Below, in pieces: positions 1 to 11,500 of a stretch of DNA of 64,000 nucleotides. The notes beneath the pieces are model-generated. The model worked only from the letters and a program-made list of their open reading frames with translations. It searched no databases and was not told the origin of the DNA. The stretch comes from Candidatus Woesearchaeota archaeon. GTDB taxonomy: Archaea; Nanobdellota; Nanobdellia; Pacearchaeales; GW2011-AR1. The translations under genes and the position numbers were made by a program. The stretch is from positions 20,930-84,929 of the forward strand of contig CAYTGG010000001.1 in NCBI GenBank assembly GCA_964437455.1. The letters run 5' to 3'. How positions within the stretch are numbered: position 1 is the first letter of the stretch; each line of letters begins with the position of its first letter.

Positions 1-1
1 A

Positions 2-118
2 ATTCCTGCTGAATCTTTTTTATTAGGAAGAAAATTTACTTTACTTAGAAATCTTCTTAGCTTCCTCTTTGCAATAATCGTCGCTATTTTGACAGTAATC
101 ATTTTAGGAGTTTTATGA
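2..118 (+). CDS. Permease (DUF318/ArsP-like), C-terminal fragment cut by window edge
   Basis: Open frame IPAESFLLGRKFTLLRNLLSFLFAIIVAILTVIILGVL*; TGA at 116-118 overlaps the next ATG (ATGA coupling). Confidence 0.6.
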   Translation: MPAESFLLGRKFTLLRNLLSFLFAIIVAILTVIILGVL

Positions 119-657
119 TGTTAAGAGAAAAAAAAGAAAAAAGAATAATACAAAGATTAAGAGAAAGGGAGATAGGTGGAACTTGGTATTTTCTTTCTGC
201 AATGATTTTAGTTTATATAATATTACTTTTTGTTAATTCTGGGATATTTTTATCTTCTCTAAATTTATTTTTTGATATTTTCTCAACAATAATTCCAATT
301 TTCTTTGTTGTTTTTATTTTAATGGCTATTTCAAACTATTTTATTACTCCAGAAATTAGTATTAAATATTTAAAAAGAAAAGGACCAAAAAAATGGTTTT
401 TTACTATTATAGGAGGAATTTTATCTTCAGGACCTATTTATATGTGGTATCCTCTTTTAGCTGATTTAAAAGAGAAAGGAATTTCTAATGGACTTATTGC
501 TTGCTTTTTGTATAATCGTTCTGTTAAAATTCCTTTAATTCCTATTATGCTTGTTTATTTTAATTGGAAATATGTTTTTGTTTTACTTTTTATTATGATC
601 TTTATTTCAGTTATTCAAGGAATAATAATAAATAAATTTTATGAGGAGGAAAAATGA
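115..657 (+). CDS. Predicted permease subunit (DUF318-like)
   Basis: Multi-TM protein; GILSSGPIYMWYPLL motif typical of paired small permeases. Confidence 0.7.
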   Translation: MMLREKKEKRIIQRLREREIGGTWYFLSAMILVYIILLFVNSGIFLSSLNLFFDIFSTIIPIFFVVFILMAISNYFITPEISIKYLKRKGPKKWFFTIIGGILSSGPIYMWYPLLADLKEKGISNGLIACFLYNRSVKIPLIPIMLVYFNWKYVFVLLFIMIFISVIQGIIINKFYEEEK

Positions 658-956
658 AAATAGGAATAGCAACTGAAAAAGAGAATGTAGAAGGAGAAGT
701 TAGTATGAGGGCTGGAAGAGCTCCGTATTATCTAATCTTTGAGAATAAGAAATTAGTTAAAAAGATGAAAAATCCTTTTGCAGTTGGTGGAGGAGGTGCT
801 GGATTTTCAGTAGCAAAAATGCTTTCTGATGAAGGAGTTAAGAAAGTTGTTTCTGGAAGTCTTGGAGGAAATATGAAAACTGCTTTAGAAGGAAGAGGAG
901 TTAAATCTGAAGAATTTACAGGAAGCATAAAAGAAGCTCTTGAAAAGTTTAGTTAA
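654..956 (+). CDS. NifB/NifX (FeMo-cofactor-binding domain) family protein
   Basis: MKIGIAT...GRAPYYLIF...NPF..GGG.G pattern; 100 aa. Confidence 0.85.
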   Translation: MKIGIATEKENVEGEVSMRAGRAPYYLIFENKKLVKKMKNPFAVGGGGAGFSVAKMLSDEGVKKVVSGSLGGNMKTALEGRGVKSEEFTGSIKEALEKFS

Positions 957-986
957 ATTTATTAATTGTATAAACTAAATTCTTTT

Positions 987-1172
987 ATGAATAATCTAAG
1001 TAGAACTCTTACTGGAGGAATTATGATACTAATTGGAATTTTCTTAATTGTTGTTTCATTTTTTTTAGATTACTTTTTTTTAATCTATGGAATTGTACTT
1101 TTTGTTATAGGTCTTATAATCTATTTTAATAAAAAAGAAGATGAAATAGAAAAAATTAAAAAGCAGAAATGA
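987..1172 (+). CDS. Small two-TM membrane protein
   Basis: Two hydrophobic segments and KEDEIEKIK tail; ATG at 987 preferred to upstream TTG; coupled to next gene. Confidence 0.65.
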   Translation: MNNLSRTLTGGIMILIGIFLIVVSFFLDYFFLIYGIVLFVIGLIIYFNKKEDEIEKIKKQK

Positions 1173-1507
1173 ATAATAAAAAGATGAAAGATATTATTGC
1201 CACTACTGGTAATGAGATTCCAGAAAAGCAGATTAAAGAAATTTTAGGAGTAGTTAAAGGAAATACTGTAAGAGCGAGAAACATAGGAAGAGATATTGGT
1301 GCTGGATTTAAGAATCTCATAGGAGGAGAAGTAAAGACTTATACTCAAATGACTAGTGACTCTAGAGATGAAGCTTTTAATAGGATGGTAAATCAAGCAG
1401 TTGATCTCAAAGCAGACGCTATTATTGGAATAAGATTTATGACTTCTATGGTAATGCAAGGAGCATCTGAAATGCTTGCTTATGGAACTGCAGTTAAATT
1501 GAAATAA
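1169..1507 (+). CDS. YbjQ/UPF0145 heavy-metal-binding family protein
   Basis: LGVVKG...IGGEVKTYT...ADAIIG...AYGTAV motifs. Confidence 0.9.
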   Translation: MNNKKMKDIIATTGNEIPEKQIKEILGVVKGNTVRARNIGRDIGAGFKNLIGGEVKTYTQMTSDSRDEAFNRMVNQAVDLKADAIIGIRFMTSMVMQGASEMLAYGTAVKLK

Positions 1508-1542
1508 ATTAAATTTAGATAAATTAAATAAGAAAAATTAAA

Positions 1543-1683
1543 ATGACAGAAGAATCTTGTATCTTTCCAAAATGTCCAAAATGTAATAAAGGATATTTAG
1601 TTCCTTTTTCATATAAAGAAGATGTTTTTGAAAAATGGAAATGTACTAATCCTGAATGTGGTTATGTTGTTCAAAAAAGATAA
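1543..1683 (+). CDS. Small zinc-ribbon protein (46 aa; below ORF-track cutoff)
   Basis: Manual translation MTEESCIFPKCPKCNKGYLVPFSYKEDVFEKWKCTNPECGYVVQKR*; CPKC and CTNPEC knuckles. Confidence 0.75.
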   Translation: MTEESCIFPKCPKCNKGYLVPFSYKEDVFEKWKCTNPECGYVVQKR

Positions 1684-1938
1684 CTATTTTTTATAGATTA
1701 TTGATTGAATTAAGAGAATCATCCATAGAATAGCATTAAATAAAGTTATTCCACTTGATAAATATAATTTTAATGTTAAAAAAGTTGTTCCCATAATATA
1801 AAGTGCTATAGTAGTTATGATTCCTGTTTGTACTGTGATATAATTTTTTCTACTCTTAAATCCTTTATAGATTTGAGGAATTAATGCATATCCCATTAGA
1901 ATATTCGCGATAGTTATAATTATATCTTGCCAAATCAT
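1684..1938 (-). CDS. PQ-loop / SemiSWEET-like small membrane protein
   Basis: LIPQIYK PQ motif; three TM helices; 84 aa. Confidence 0.7.
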   Translation of the reverse strand: MIWQDIIITIANILMGYALIPQIYKGFKSRKNYITVQTGIITTIALYIMGTTFLTLKLYLSSGITLFNAILWMILLIQSIIYKK

Positions 1939-1956
1939 TTTATATTATTTAAAAAA

Positions 1957-2028
1957 AGCCTGCAGAGGGATTCAAACCCCCGGCCTACTGATTACAGGTC
2001 AGTCGCTCTATCACTGAGCTATGCAGGC
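1957..2028 (-). tRNA. tRNA-Thr(TGT), atypical (A19, C33, U56)
   Basis: Reverse complement GCCTGCA...ACTGA-CCTGTAA-TCAGT...GGGGG-TTTGAAT-CCCTC-TGCAGGC-T folds as a cloverleaf; U73. Confidence 0.9.
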
Positions 2029-2082
2029 ATTTTAAAATTTAAGAGCTTAAATTAGTTTAAGCAGAAGTATTTAAAAGATTTC

Positions 2083-2634
2083 TTATTGTTCTTTTTTTTC
2101 AAATCTTTTCTCAACATTTAAAATTCTAATTTCACAAAGACTTAGTGGATAGATTTTTTTTAATTTTAAACTTAGAGATTTTTGAAGAATGCTCTTTAAA
2201 GTATCACTAAATATTTCATCTACTTTCTTGTTTTTAGAATAATCTAATAATTCTTCTTTTGTTTTTTCTCTTAAAGCTTTTCTTACTCTTTTAGAAATCT
2301 TTCTTCTAGTAACCAAAAGTGGCTTTATTCTTATCTGAGCATCCTTACATTCTAAAGAAATAGAGTCTTCAACATAATTAGTTCTCTTTCTGACAACTTT
2401 TCTTATGAATGTTTGAACTATTTCAAACTTTTTTGGTATAGAAGTAGCTTTCTCTCCATCTATTCTGACTTCTGTACTCAATAAAGCATTTTTTCCTTTA
2501 AGTATTCTTGTCAAATCGTATTTGATTATTCTTTTTTCTGTATCTTTAAGAGTATATGCATATAAATAAGTAGTTTTATTTATAATTGGAATATCTACTT
2601 CAAAAAATCTTTTTTTCTTTTTTGCTATTGCCAT
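2083..2634 (-). CDS. rps3ae: 30S ribosomal protein eS1 (S3Ae)
   Basis: C-terminal KKIYPL..CEIR motif; R..VRKR...VED pattern. Confidence 0.85.
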   Translation of the reverse strand: MAIAKKKKRFFEVDIPIINKTTYLYAYTLKDTEKRIIKYDLTRILKGKNALLSTEVRIDGEKATSIPKKFEIVQTFIRKVVRKRTNYVEDSISLECKDAQIRIKPLLVTRRKISKRVRKALREKTKEELLDYSKNKKVDEIFSDTLKSILQKSLSLKLKKIYPLSLCEIRILNVEKRFEKKEQ

Positions 2635-2635
2635 T

Positions 2636-2950
2636 TTATTCTTGTATTAACTTATTTGTTCTTTTATTTCTTCTTGATTGACGATAATGTGCTTTTCCAC
2701 ATTCACTACAAATATACATAATATTTGTCTTTTTGTTTGTCTTTGTCTTCCTTTTAAATTTGCTAACTGCAGGTTTTGAATATTTTCCTTTATTTCCTAC
2801 TCCTCTACTCTGTCCTCTCAACTTTGCTCTTGATTTGCTTCCTCTAGTCAAAGTTCCTCTTTTAGAACCTGTTCCTACTACTTTAATCTTATGCTCTGTT
2901 TTTTTCCTACAATAAGGACAATATCTCTGAATCTTCTTTGGAATTTTCAT
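2636..2950 (-). CDS. rpl44e: 50S ribosomal protein eL42 (L44e)
   Basis: MKIPKKIQRYCPYC...C.ECGKAH. Confidence 0.92.
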   Translation of the reverse strand: MKIPKKIQRYCPYCRKKTEHKIKVVGTGSKRGTLTRGSKSRAKLRGQSRGVGNKGKYSKPAVSKFKRKTKTNKKTNIMYICSECGKAHYRQSRRNKRTNKLIQE

Positions 2951-2988
2951 AAAGAAGAAAAATAAGTTGGGTTTTTAAAGTTAATTAA

Positions 2989-3060
2989 TGGTTCCATCCG
3001 GAATCGAACCGGAGTTACATCCACGTCAAGGATGTGTCTTAACCACTGGACTATGGAACC
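2989..3060 (-). tRNA. tRNA-Val(GAC)
   Basis: Cloverleaf GGTTCCA...CATCC-TTGACGT-GGATG...GGTTCGATTCC...TGGAACC-A. Confidence 0.95.
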
Positions 3061-3113
3061 TGCTAAAAAATGACTCTCGGAATATTTAAATATAATCATT
3101 TCTTTTTTTAGTA

Positions 3114-3341
3114 ATGTTCTTGAAAAAAAGCCCTCCACAGTATATTCCAGTTAGACCCAGAAGAATGAATCATCTTATCTTTCTAGGTTATTTAATTATA
3201 GGCTTTTATTTTATAAATTATCCTTTTGAATTTATAGAAGTTCCTGATTTTATTTTAGATTTTAATCAATGGATAATTCTTGCTGGAGGAATTCTTATGT
3301 TGATAGGCGCATTAAATTATTTTAAATTAAAAAAGAGATAA
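3114..3341 (+). CDS. Small two-TM membrane protein
   Basis: Two hydrophobic helices; TATA-like box about 21 nt upstream, shared divergently with tRNA-Val. Confidence 0.65.
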   Translation: MFLKKSPPQYIPVRPRRMNHLIFLGYLIIGFYFINYPFEFIEVPDFILDFNQWIILAGGILMLIGALNYFKLKKR

Positions 3342-3393
3342 TTTTTTAAAACAATTTCTAAAATTTTATCCTATCTTACATTTTTCTGATTAG

Positions 3394-3429
3394 CTTAGTA
3401 ACTTACTTAGTAACTTAGTTAATAAGTTA
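3394..3429. promoter_or_regulatory. Candidate operator: tandem 12-mers plus inverted repeat
   Basis: CTTAGTAACTTA at 3394-3405 and 3406-3417; TAACTTA (3411-3417) and TAAGTTA (3423-3429) are reverse complements; upstream of a TATA-rich region. Confidence 0.45.
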
Positions 3430-3503
3430 ATTATTAAGAAACATTTATATATTTAAATTTTATATTATATTATACTAAATTAGAATTTTTAAAAAAAAGA
3501 TTT

Positions 3504-3644
3504 ATGAAGAAATATTTGCTTCTCATAGAAGATGAAAAGGTCTGGCAGAAATTTAAAGATATTATTAATAAAGATATCAATACAGAAATTATAGATTTAA
3601 TAAAGAAAAGAATTAATTCGGAAGTTAAAAAAAATGATAAGTAA
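3504..3644 (+). CDS. Small ribbon-helix-helix-like protein (46 aa; below ORF-track cutoff)
   Basis: MKKYLLLIEDEKVWQKFKDIINKDINTEIIDLIKKRINSEVKKNDK*; strand-helix-helix pattern; overlaps start of next gene. Confidence 0.55.
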   Translation: MKKYLLLIEDEKVWQKFKDIINKDINTEIIDLIKKRINSEVKKNDK

Positions 3645-5499
3645 ATTTTTTCCTAAATATAAGAAGTCACAAGTAACTTTATTTATCATATTGGCTATAA
3701 TGATTGTTGCAGGAACAGTCTCTTTTATAGTATTTAAAGATCTTTTTATTCCTGGAGAAATTCCACATAATTTAGAACCAGTTTATGATACTTTTCTTTC
3801 TTGTTTAAATGAGGATATAAAAGTTGGAATTGATATTTTAGAAAGTCAAGGAGGTTATATTAAATTACCAGAATTTGAATCTGGATCAGATTATATGCCC
3901 TTTTCCTCTCAATTGAACTTTGTTGGAACTTCTATTCCTTATTGGTATTATGTTTCTGGAAATAATATCCAAAAAGAACAAATTCCTAGTAAGATAGAAA
4001 TGGAAAAACAATTAGAAAGTTTTGTTGAGGAGAAAATTTATGATTGTTCATTTGAAGATTATTATAAACAAGGTTTTGAAATATCTTTTGGAGAACCTAA
4101 AGTAAATATTAAAATACTCAAAAAAGGAGTTGAAGCTGATATTAATATGAATTTAGCTATTAAAAAAGGAAATGATAGTGTTAGAGTAGAAAATCATAGT
4201 ATTTTAGTTAACTCTAATCTAGGAAATTTGTATGAATCTGCTAAAAAAATTTATGATAAAGAACAGGAAGAATTATTTTTAGAAAAATATACTCTAGATG
4301 TTTTAAGATTATATGCTCCTGTAGATGGAGTTGAATTAACCTGCAGTCCTCTTATATGGAATGCTAACGAAGTTTTTGATGAACTTGAAAATTCAATAGA
4401 AGCAAATATTCTTGCTTTGAAAACAAAAGGAGGAGATTATTCTTTAAAGAAAAAAGAAGATAAATACTTTGTCTTAGACTTAGATGAAAATGCAAGATTT
4501 ATCACTTCTAAAAATTTTAGTCATTCTTTTGAGGTCTCACCCTCTGAAGGATCTATTCTAATTGCTGAACCAGTAGGAAATCAACCAGGTTTAGGTGCAT
4601 TAGGATTTTGTTATGTACCCTATCATTTTGTTTATTCCTTAAAATATCCTGTTCTAGTTCAGGTATATTCTAATAAATTCCAAGAAATTTTTCAATTTCC
4701 AGTCGCAGTTATTATTCAAGGAAATCAACCTAGAGAACCTTTAGAAACTAATGCAATTGAATTCGGAATTCCTGATTTTTGTAAATATAAAAATACATTA
4801 ATGAAAGTAAAAACTTATGATATGAGTTCAAATTCTATTGACTCTCAAATTTCTTATGAATGTCTTGGAACTGTTTGTGATATTGGAGAGACAGAAAACG
4901 GAATTTTAACTTCAGCATTTCCACAATGTGTTAATGGTTATATAATTGCAAAATCAGAAGGATTTGAAGAAACAAAGTATCTATCTTCTACAACTTCTTC
5001 AAAAAATGTAGAAATATTCTTATATAAACTTTATAATTTGAGTATAGATCTGAATTTAGAAGGAAGAGAATATAATGGAAATGCTATAATTCACTTTAAT
5101 TCTGATAAGAATTCGAAAACAATAGTATATCCAGAAAGAAAAAGCGTTGAATTAAGCGAAGGACAGTATGAAATTAAAGTTTATATTTATAGAAATTCTT
5201 CATTAAAATTGGAAGAAGTTACTTATGAACAATGTGTAGATGTTCCTAAATCAGGTTTAGGAAGTTTTTTTGGTTTAACAGAAGAAAAATGTTTTGAAAT
5301 GAAAGTTCCTGAGCAAATAATTCCTCAATCTTTAGCAGGAGGAGGAACACAAAATCATTATATTTTAGATTCTGATTTAAAAAATTCAAGAAATATTAAA
5401 ATAAATGTACAAAGTCTTCCTGAACCAAAAACTATTGAAGATTTACAAAATAATTATTTATTATTTGAAGATAAAGGCTTAAATATTTTATTTAGATAA
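3634..5499 (+). CDS. Secreted protein with archaeal class III (pilin-like) signal peptide
   Basis: N-terminus KKSQ-VTLFIILAIMIV; paired Cys; beta-rich C-terminal half. Confidence 0.75.
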   Translation: MISKFFPKYKKSQVTLFIILAIMIVAGTVSFIVFKDLFIPGEIPHNLEPVYDTFLSCLNEDIKVGIDILESQGGYIKLPEFESGSDYMPFSSQLNFVGTSIPYWYYVSGNNIQKEQIPSKIEMEKQLESFVEEKIYDCSFEDYYKQGFEISFGEPKVNIKILKKGVEADINMNLAIKKGNDSVRVENHSILVNSNLGNLYESAKKIYDKEQEELFLEKYTLDVLRLYAPVDGVELTCSPLIWNANEVFDELENSIEANILALKTKGGDYSLKKKEDKYFVLDLDENARFITSKNFSHSFEVSPSEGSILIAEPVGNQPGLGALGFCYVPYHFVYSLKYPVLVQVYSNKFQEIFQFPVAVIIQGNQPREPLETNAIEFGIPDFCKYKNTLMKVKTYDMSSNSIDSQISYECLGTVCDIGETENGILTSAFPQCVNGYIIAKSEGFEETKYLSSTTSSKNVEIFLYKLYNLSIDLNLEGREYNGNAIIHFNSDKNSKTIVYPERKSVELSEGQYEIKVYIYRNSSLKLEEVTYEQCVDVPKSGLGSFFGLTEEKCFEMKVPEQIIPQSLAGGGTQNHYILDSDLKNSRNIKINVQSLPEPKTIEDLQNNYLLFEDKGLNILFR

Positions 5500-5522
5500 A
5501 ATGAAAAATAAAGAAATAAAAA

Positions 5523-8500
5523 ATGAATAAAAAAATCCTAATAATTTTTGGAATGTTTCTTTTAATAGGAATTTTCTTAATAATAAGTATCTCAGCAACT
5601 TATATGCGTTCTAATGCTGCTTATACTACTTCTGGAACAAGTTTTAATTATAATTATGGATATTCAGGAGAATGGCAGGTTGATAGTTCTATGTGCGAGG
5701 CTGGACAAGATTTTGTAATTCAAATTGCTCCTTTTGGATGTGAGCCAGCTGTTGTCAGAAGTGATTTACTTGAAGAGCAGAATGTTCCTGTTTATTGTCA
5801 ATTAGGAGCTACTAAAATAAATCCTTTAATAGAAGTTGAAGCTATTGAAAGCATAGATTTTTCTGGAAATTATCCTAAAGAAATTGCTGGAGTTGGTTTT
5901 CATCCTGCAAAGGCAGCTTTGGGATTAGATGGAGATTTAAATTCTCCAATTTTGAATAATATTGGTTATGTAGTTATATTATTAAGACAACAATCAAATG
6001 AGTCAGAAATGCCAGATTATGTATCAGGAAATTTAACTGCTAAAATAAGATATGATATAGAAGATGCTTATGGTATCGGAGATGCAACTTTTTATCTTCC
6101 TAAATTAGATGATTTAGAATGGAATTCAAGAAAGAATCAGTATAGTTTTTGGAAAGGAAGAGGTTATCTAAGAGCAGAAGGAATTGAAACAGATGGAGCT
6201 TCAGTTTCTCTTTATGATGGAAAAATGGAAAAAATAACTTCTGTTAATCTAAAAAGAGGAGAAATCTCCAATAAGATTTATCTTCCTGGATTTGATTGTT
6301 TAGCTGGACTTAAATTGAAATTAGAAGGTTTAGAAGCTCCAGATACTCGAGCTAAGTTAGATATTAATGGAGAAATAATAGAAGTTGCAAAAGGTGAAAA
6401 GTTTTTAGAAGAAAGATGTCAGATTGAAGATATTAATAAAAAGGGACTTATAGATTTTGTTGAGATAAAATGCAGAGAAGATGAGCAAGGATTATTTGGA
6501 GGAGAAACTTTTCCTCTAAAAATTAGTCCTAAAATTAATTTGAGTATTTATAACAAAGAAGGAAATTTAATCAAAAAGGGTAGCTTTGACATAGGAGATT
6601 ATCTGTATGATTATGGGCACAAGAGAGTATATTTAGGATATGCTAATACTTTTGGATATAGTAATGAAGAAAAAGATTTGTATGTCCATCTTGTTGCTAT
6701 TCCTTCTTCTGTTAATAAGGATAAATTAACTAATGAAGAAATTGATTCTTTTACATCTTATGATAAAGGAGTTATGGGTAAAGAAGAAGTGAAAAGTATT
6801 TCTAATTTAATAAAAAGTTCATTTGAAACTTATAAGAGTATCTCTATAAATATAGGGAAGTGGATGATAAAAGGACAAAATCTAAGAGCTCTTTCTCTTG
6901 AAGAGGGAAAAACTGAGATTTTTGATTCTCAAATACAACTTCATGGTTTTGCAGGAGCACAAAATATTAAATTTGATAATAAAAAAATTGAATATTATTA
7001 TGAGAAATCTATGGAAAGTTATGATAAAATTGTAAATTCATATTCTAATGAGAAACTTCCTTATGGATTATATGAAGAAGGAATAACTTCTGGAGAAGAA
7101 GCTTTTTACAGAAAAATTTCTCTTGCATTTAGCTTAGGACAAAAAAAGACTGCTTATGATTTGTGTGAAGAGTTTAAACAAAAATATCCTAATTCAGAAA
7201 AGAATTTAAATGAATTTCTTAATGAACTTTATAAATTCTCAAATAAAGAACTTTCAAGTATAGATGTTATAATTAATGGAAAATCAAGGAAAATCTCTTT
7301 TGAAGGAATATTTGAACCAAGTATAAATGATTATTCTGCTAAAATTTTTATAGAAGGAACAGATGGAAAAATTAATGAGATTACTCTGACTAAAGGGCAG
7401 ATATATTCCTTAGGAGAATTAAGAGGAGATAAAGACTTTATCTATACTTCTTATCTGGGAGAAGCTTATCCTCTACATTTTTCATTTATATCAAATAAAT
7501 GGCATTGGTCCTTTGATAAAAAAATCTGGAAAGAAGTTTCTATAGAAGAAGGAAATAAAATTAAAGAAAATATTGATGAATACTTTACAGGAAAATTAAT
7601 TTATCCAGATTTCATTCCCTCTTCTACTATAGTAAATTCTGAGGAAATTGATTCAACAAAGAAATTATTTTATTATTTAAGTAATTTAGATGATATAAAT
7701 AGTTTTGAAAAGGGAAAAGATAAATTAAGTGAAGAAGGATATAGTGGAAGTGTTACAGAAGAGTATATTAAACTTGTAGAACTTGAAGATAACTCAGCAA
7801 AATTAGAATTTAATCTTCATCCAAAGGGTTTTTGGAGCACTGCTAAGACAGTTACAATATCAAATGATAAAGGAACATTAACAGAAGATACTCCTGAGGA
7901 CTTTGGAAGTGATTTTATTTTTACACTTACTGATGTAACTCTTAAAAAATCAGCAAAAGTTTCTGTAATACCTACAATAGATTATGCAGGCTCTGAAACC
8001 AACTTTTCTTTTAAAATTGGAATTGATAAAAGAGCAATAAAACTTTCTCCTGATAAAATTGAAGAAAAGATAGAAAATTTAAATAAGAGCATTACAGATT
8101 GGGAAGAGAAATCAGAGAAATTAGGAAAAGTTGTGAAAGGACTTAAAACTGCTTGTTTAGCTACTGGTTTATATCTTGTTACTAAGAATTTTCTTTCAAA
8201 TGCAGGAGGAAAATCAATAGCAAGACAAAATATAATGAGATCAAAAGGAGGATGGAATGAAGAATGTAGTAAGCTGGTTAAAGAAGGAAACTATTCTTCT
8301 TTAAATGAATGCTTTACTAAAAATGGAGATAAAATAGAAAGTGATGTGAATAAATATTATGAACAATTAGAAAAACAAAATAATGAAATTAAGAATATGC
8401 AAGAGCCTTTTGAGAATAAAAACTGGTGGGGTGAAAAAAATGTAAATACCGAGGAATTTAAAAAAGTTTATTGTAAGAATGTAAGAAATGAGTTAAATGG

Positions 8501-11500
8501 TCTAGAAAGTACAAAGAAAATAGATTTAGGAGGAGGACAAACAAAGACAGTTTCTGAAATATTAAATGTTATACAAAATGATTGTGAAGGAATTACAGTA
8601 GAACAATTAAGAAGAATGCAGTTAAATTATAGATTGGAGAATATTGATTTGAATTTAAATGTTGCTGGAGAACAATTGGATATAGATTTAGCAAATGTTT
8701 GGGAGGATAATTATAAAGAAGCTGAGAGAGAGAATTTTGAAAAAGAAGCGATTGAAAAAGGAGTAATGAATCCTAATGCTATAAATATTCCTTCAAAAGA
8801 CTCAATAGACATTGCTTATTTTGGTTCTAAGGTTGCTTCATCTAGTAAATTAAGCATAAAAGAAGGAACTCCAATTCAATTAATAACATTTAATCATCAA
8901 GAGTATTATCTAGAATTAGAAGAAACAAAAAAAGGAGAGTTATATATTATAAAGAATGTTTATAATAGTGGTGGTAGCCTTCTAAAAGAAAATGATTTAA
9001 ATGTTGTATCTATTAAAGAAAGAGTAGGAACTATTAAGAAATATGACAAAAAATCTTATGAGAACAAATATGTAAACTCTGTTAGTGATCCTAAAAAACC
9101 TGTTTTGAAATATTATGAAACAGAGCCATATAAAGAGATGCCTGCTTTGGTTCCAGTTGATTTAGATAAAGGTTGGTATGTTTCTATAAAGCAAACTCTT
9201 CCTGTAATGGGAAATATTCAAAGTTATGATAAATCTGGAAAAGTTACTAGCTTTTATCTTTGTAATATTGGAGAAAATGGAAAAGAAGAGGATAGAGGAG
9301 GAGATGATATCTGTGAAATGATAAATACAGGAACAGGACAGCCATACAATCAATTTTATGGATTAGATGATTCAGAAGCTTTAAAAATTGTAAAATGTGC
9401 TGTAGAATCAATCGAACAAGCATCAAAACAATATGGAAATAGTAGAGTTACAATTAGGAATTCTTGTGATACTTTTACTGTTTATGTTGGAGAACCTGCT
9501 GTTGATGTTCCAGACGTTCAATGTCAAGATTTTATGTCTCCTAAAGAATGTCAGTGGTTATTTAATGTGTGTGATCCTGTTATCTGTCCTTCTAGTAGAT
9601 GTAATCTAGGAGGAAATTATCATGTAGCAGATGTAATTCAATCAGGAATTATTGGAAGCATTGTATTATGTTTTCCAAATATAGGAGAAGGAATATATAT
9701 TCCAGTATGTCTTACAGGAGTTCAAGCTGGACTTGACGCATATCTCTCTGTATTAAAATCTTATAGAGATTGTTTAACAGATTCATTAAAAGAAGGAGAA
9801 TTGATAGGAATCTGCGATGAAATATACTCTATACATTTATGCGAGTTTTTCTGGAGACAGACTCTACCTTTAGCAGAAATAGCAATACCTAAATTAACAG
9901 AATTTGCAATGGGACAGAATATTCATGGTGGAGGAGAATATCTTGGAGTTCAGGCTGCATGGGATAATGCTGGAAAATCTGCAGAATATTTTGCAAATTA
10001 TTATGCTTCAACTTCTTTTGAAGCATTTAAATCTAAAATAGTCGAGAAAGTAGGAAGTGAGATATGTGGAAGTTACTCCTCTGCTGTTTATCCTGAAGGA
10101 GGAGATTTATTAGATTCTCTAACAGAACCAGATTCTCCTCCTCAATATTATGGAAGATTTGATGAAATTACTTTAACTACTGTAACTAATCCTCCAACAT
10201 CACAGTATAAGGTATATTATCATATATATGCTGGAAAAGAATCAAGAGCTTATTATCAAGTTTATTTAAAAGAAGGTTATAAAAGCTCTTTTTATAAGGA
10301 TACCTCTTATAATAAAATAGTTGATTCAGGTTATATTTCTAAAGGAGAATATGTTTCTGAGACAAAAGACTTTACTGCACCTTCAGGATATCAACAAATG
10401 TGTATAGTTGTTAATGGAAAAGAAGAATGTGGTTTTAAACAAGTTTCAACATCTTTTGCTATTAATTATGTGGAAGATAAATATTTAGAAGAACAAGCAA
10501 GTCAAAAGGATATAACTTCAGAAAAAGAATGTATTTCTGGAAGTGCAAGCATTTATAGTGTCCTAAATCCAAATCTTCAAAGTGCTGTAGAAGAAATGAT
10601 TAGTCCTGAAATTTATAATAGAGGAATAACTAGAATATGCGCTACTAAGAATCCTGGAATAGGAACAGATACTAATGTAGAAGAGAAAAACTCTAGATGG
10701 ATAGATGTTGGTTATTGTGACGATGAGAATATGAGATGCTGGCTTGATTTAAGTAGTGTTAAAGAGGTTATAGAAATTCTTTATATTGAAAATGAAACAT
10801 TAGATTCTCTTACAAATAAATCTCTTAATGCTTTACAATCTGATGGATTTTTATCAGAAGAAAAATTTAAGGATATTCTTAATGAAATATCTCAGTGTGA
10901 AACTCCAGAAGAAAAAGTTAATAAAATAGATAAAACTCTTGATGAAGAAGATCTTCTCAATAGTCAAAAAGTCAGATTGTTTTTACAAAAAGGAGATATT
11001 TGTAAAGAATTAGCTGAAAAGAGTTATGGAGAAGAAAATGCTAAGAATATTCTAATTAAAGATTCAGATGAAGGTCCAGGAGTTTATGATTCTGATTCTG
11101 ATCAATTAGGAGATGAAGAAAAGAGAACTTGCCAGGAATTATTAGGTGAAGAAATAATAAAGATAGCTAGAGAAATTAAAAATGAGAAGAATATTGATGA
11201 CTCTAAAGTTAAAAATGATACAGGAGTTAAGAATTTTGAATGTTTAATATTGCAACTTGCTATGCAGGAAAGCTCTCTTAAACATTGTAAAGAGATTAAA
11301 GAAGGGGACTGTTTATATTGTGATGGGAATTTAGATAAAGTTTTAAAAGCTTCTGGAGATGGAAAAAGTTATGGAGTTATGCAAATAAATTTAGGAGCTC
11401 ATAGTAATATTGATGTTGAGAATTTTGAAGAGAATGTTAGATATGGAATTAATTATTTAATTAGTAGTTATTCTGAAACTTCTAAATATTACGAATGTCT

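Noticed and set aside
1957..2028. Reading as tRNA-Tyr(GTA)
   Set aside because: The stem ACTGA/TCAGT centres TGT in the 7-nt loop; GCC start and U73 fit Thr.
2947..3138. 63-aa minus-strand ORF
   Set aside because: Runs through tRNA-Val; artefact of the tRNA sequence.
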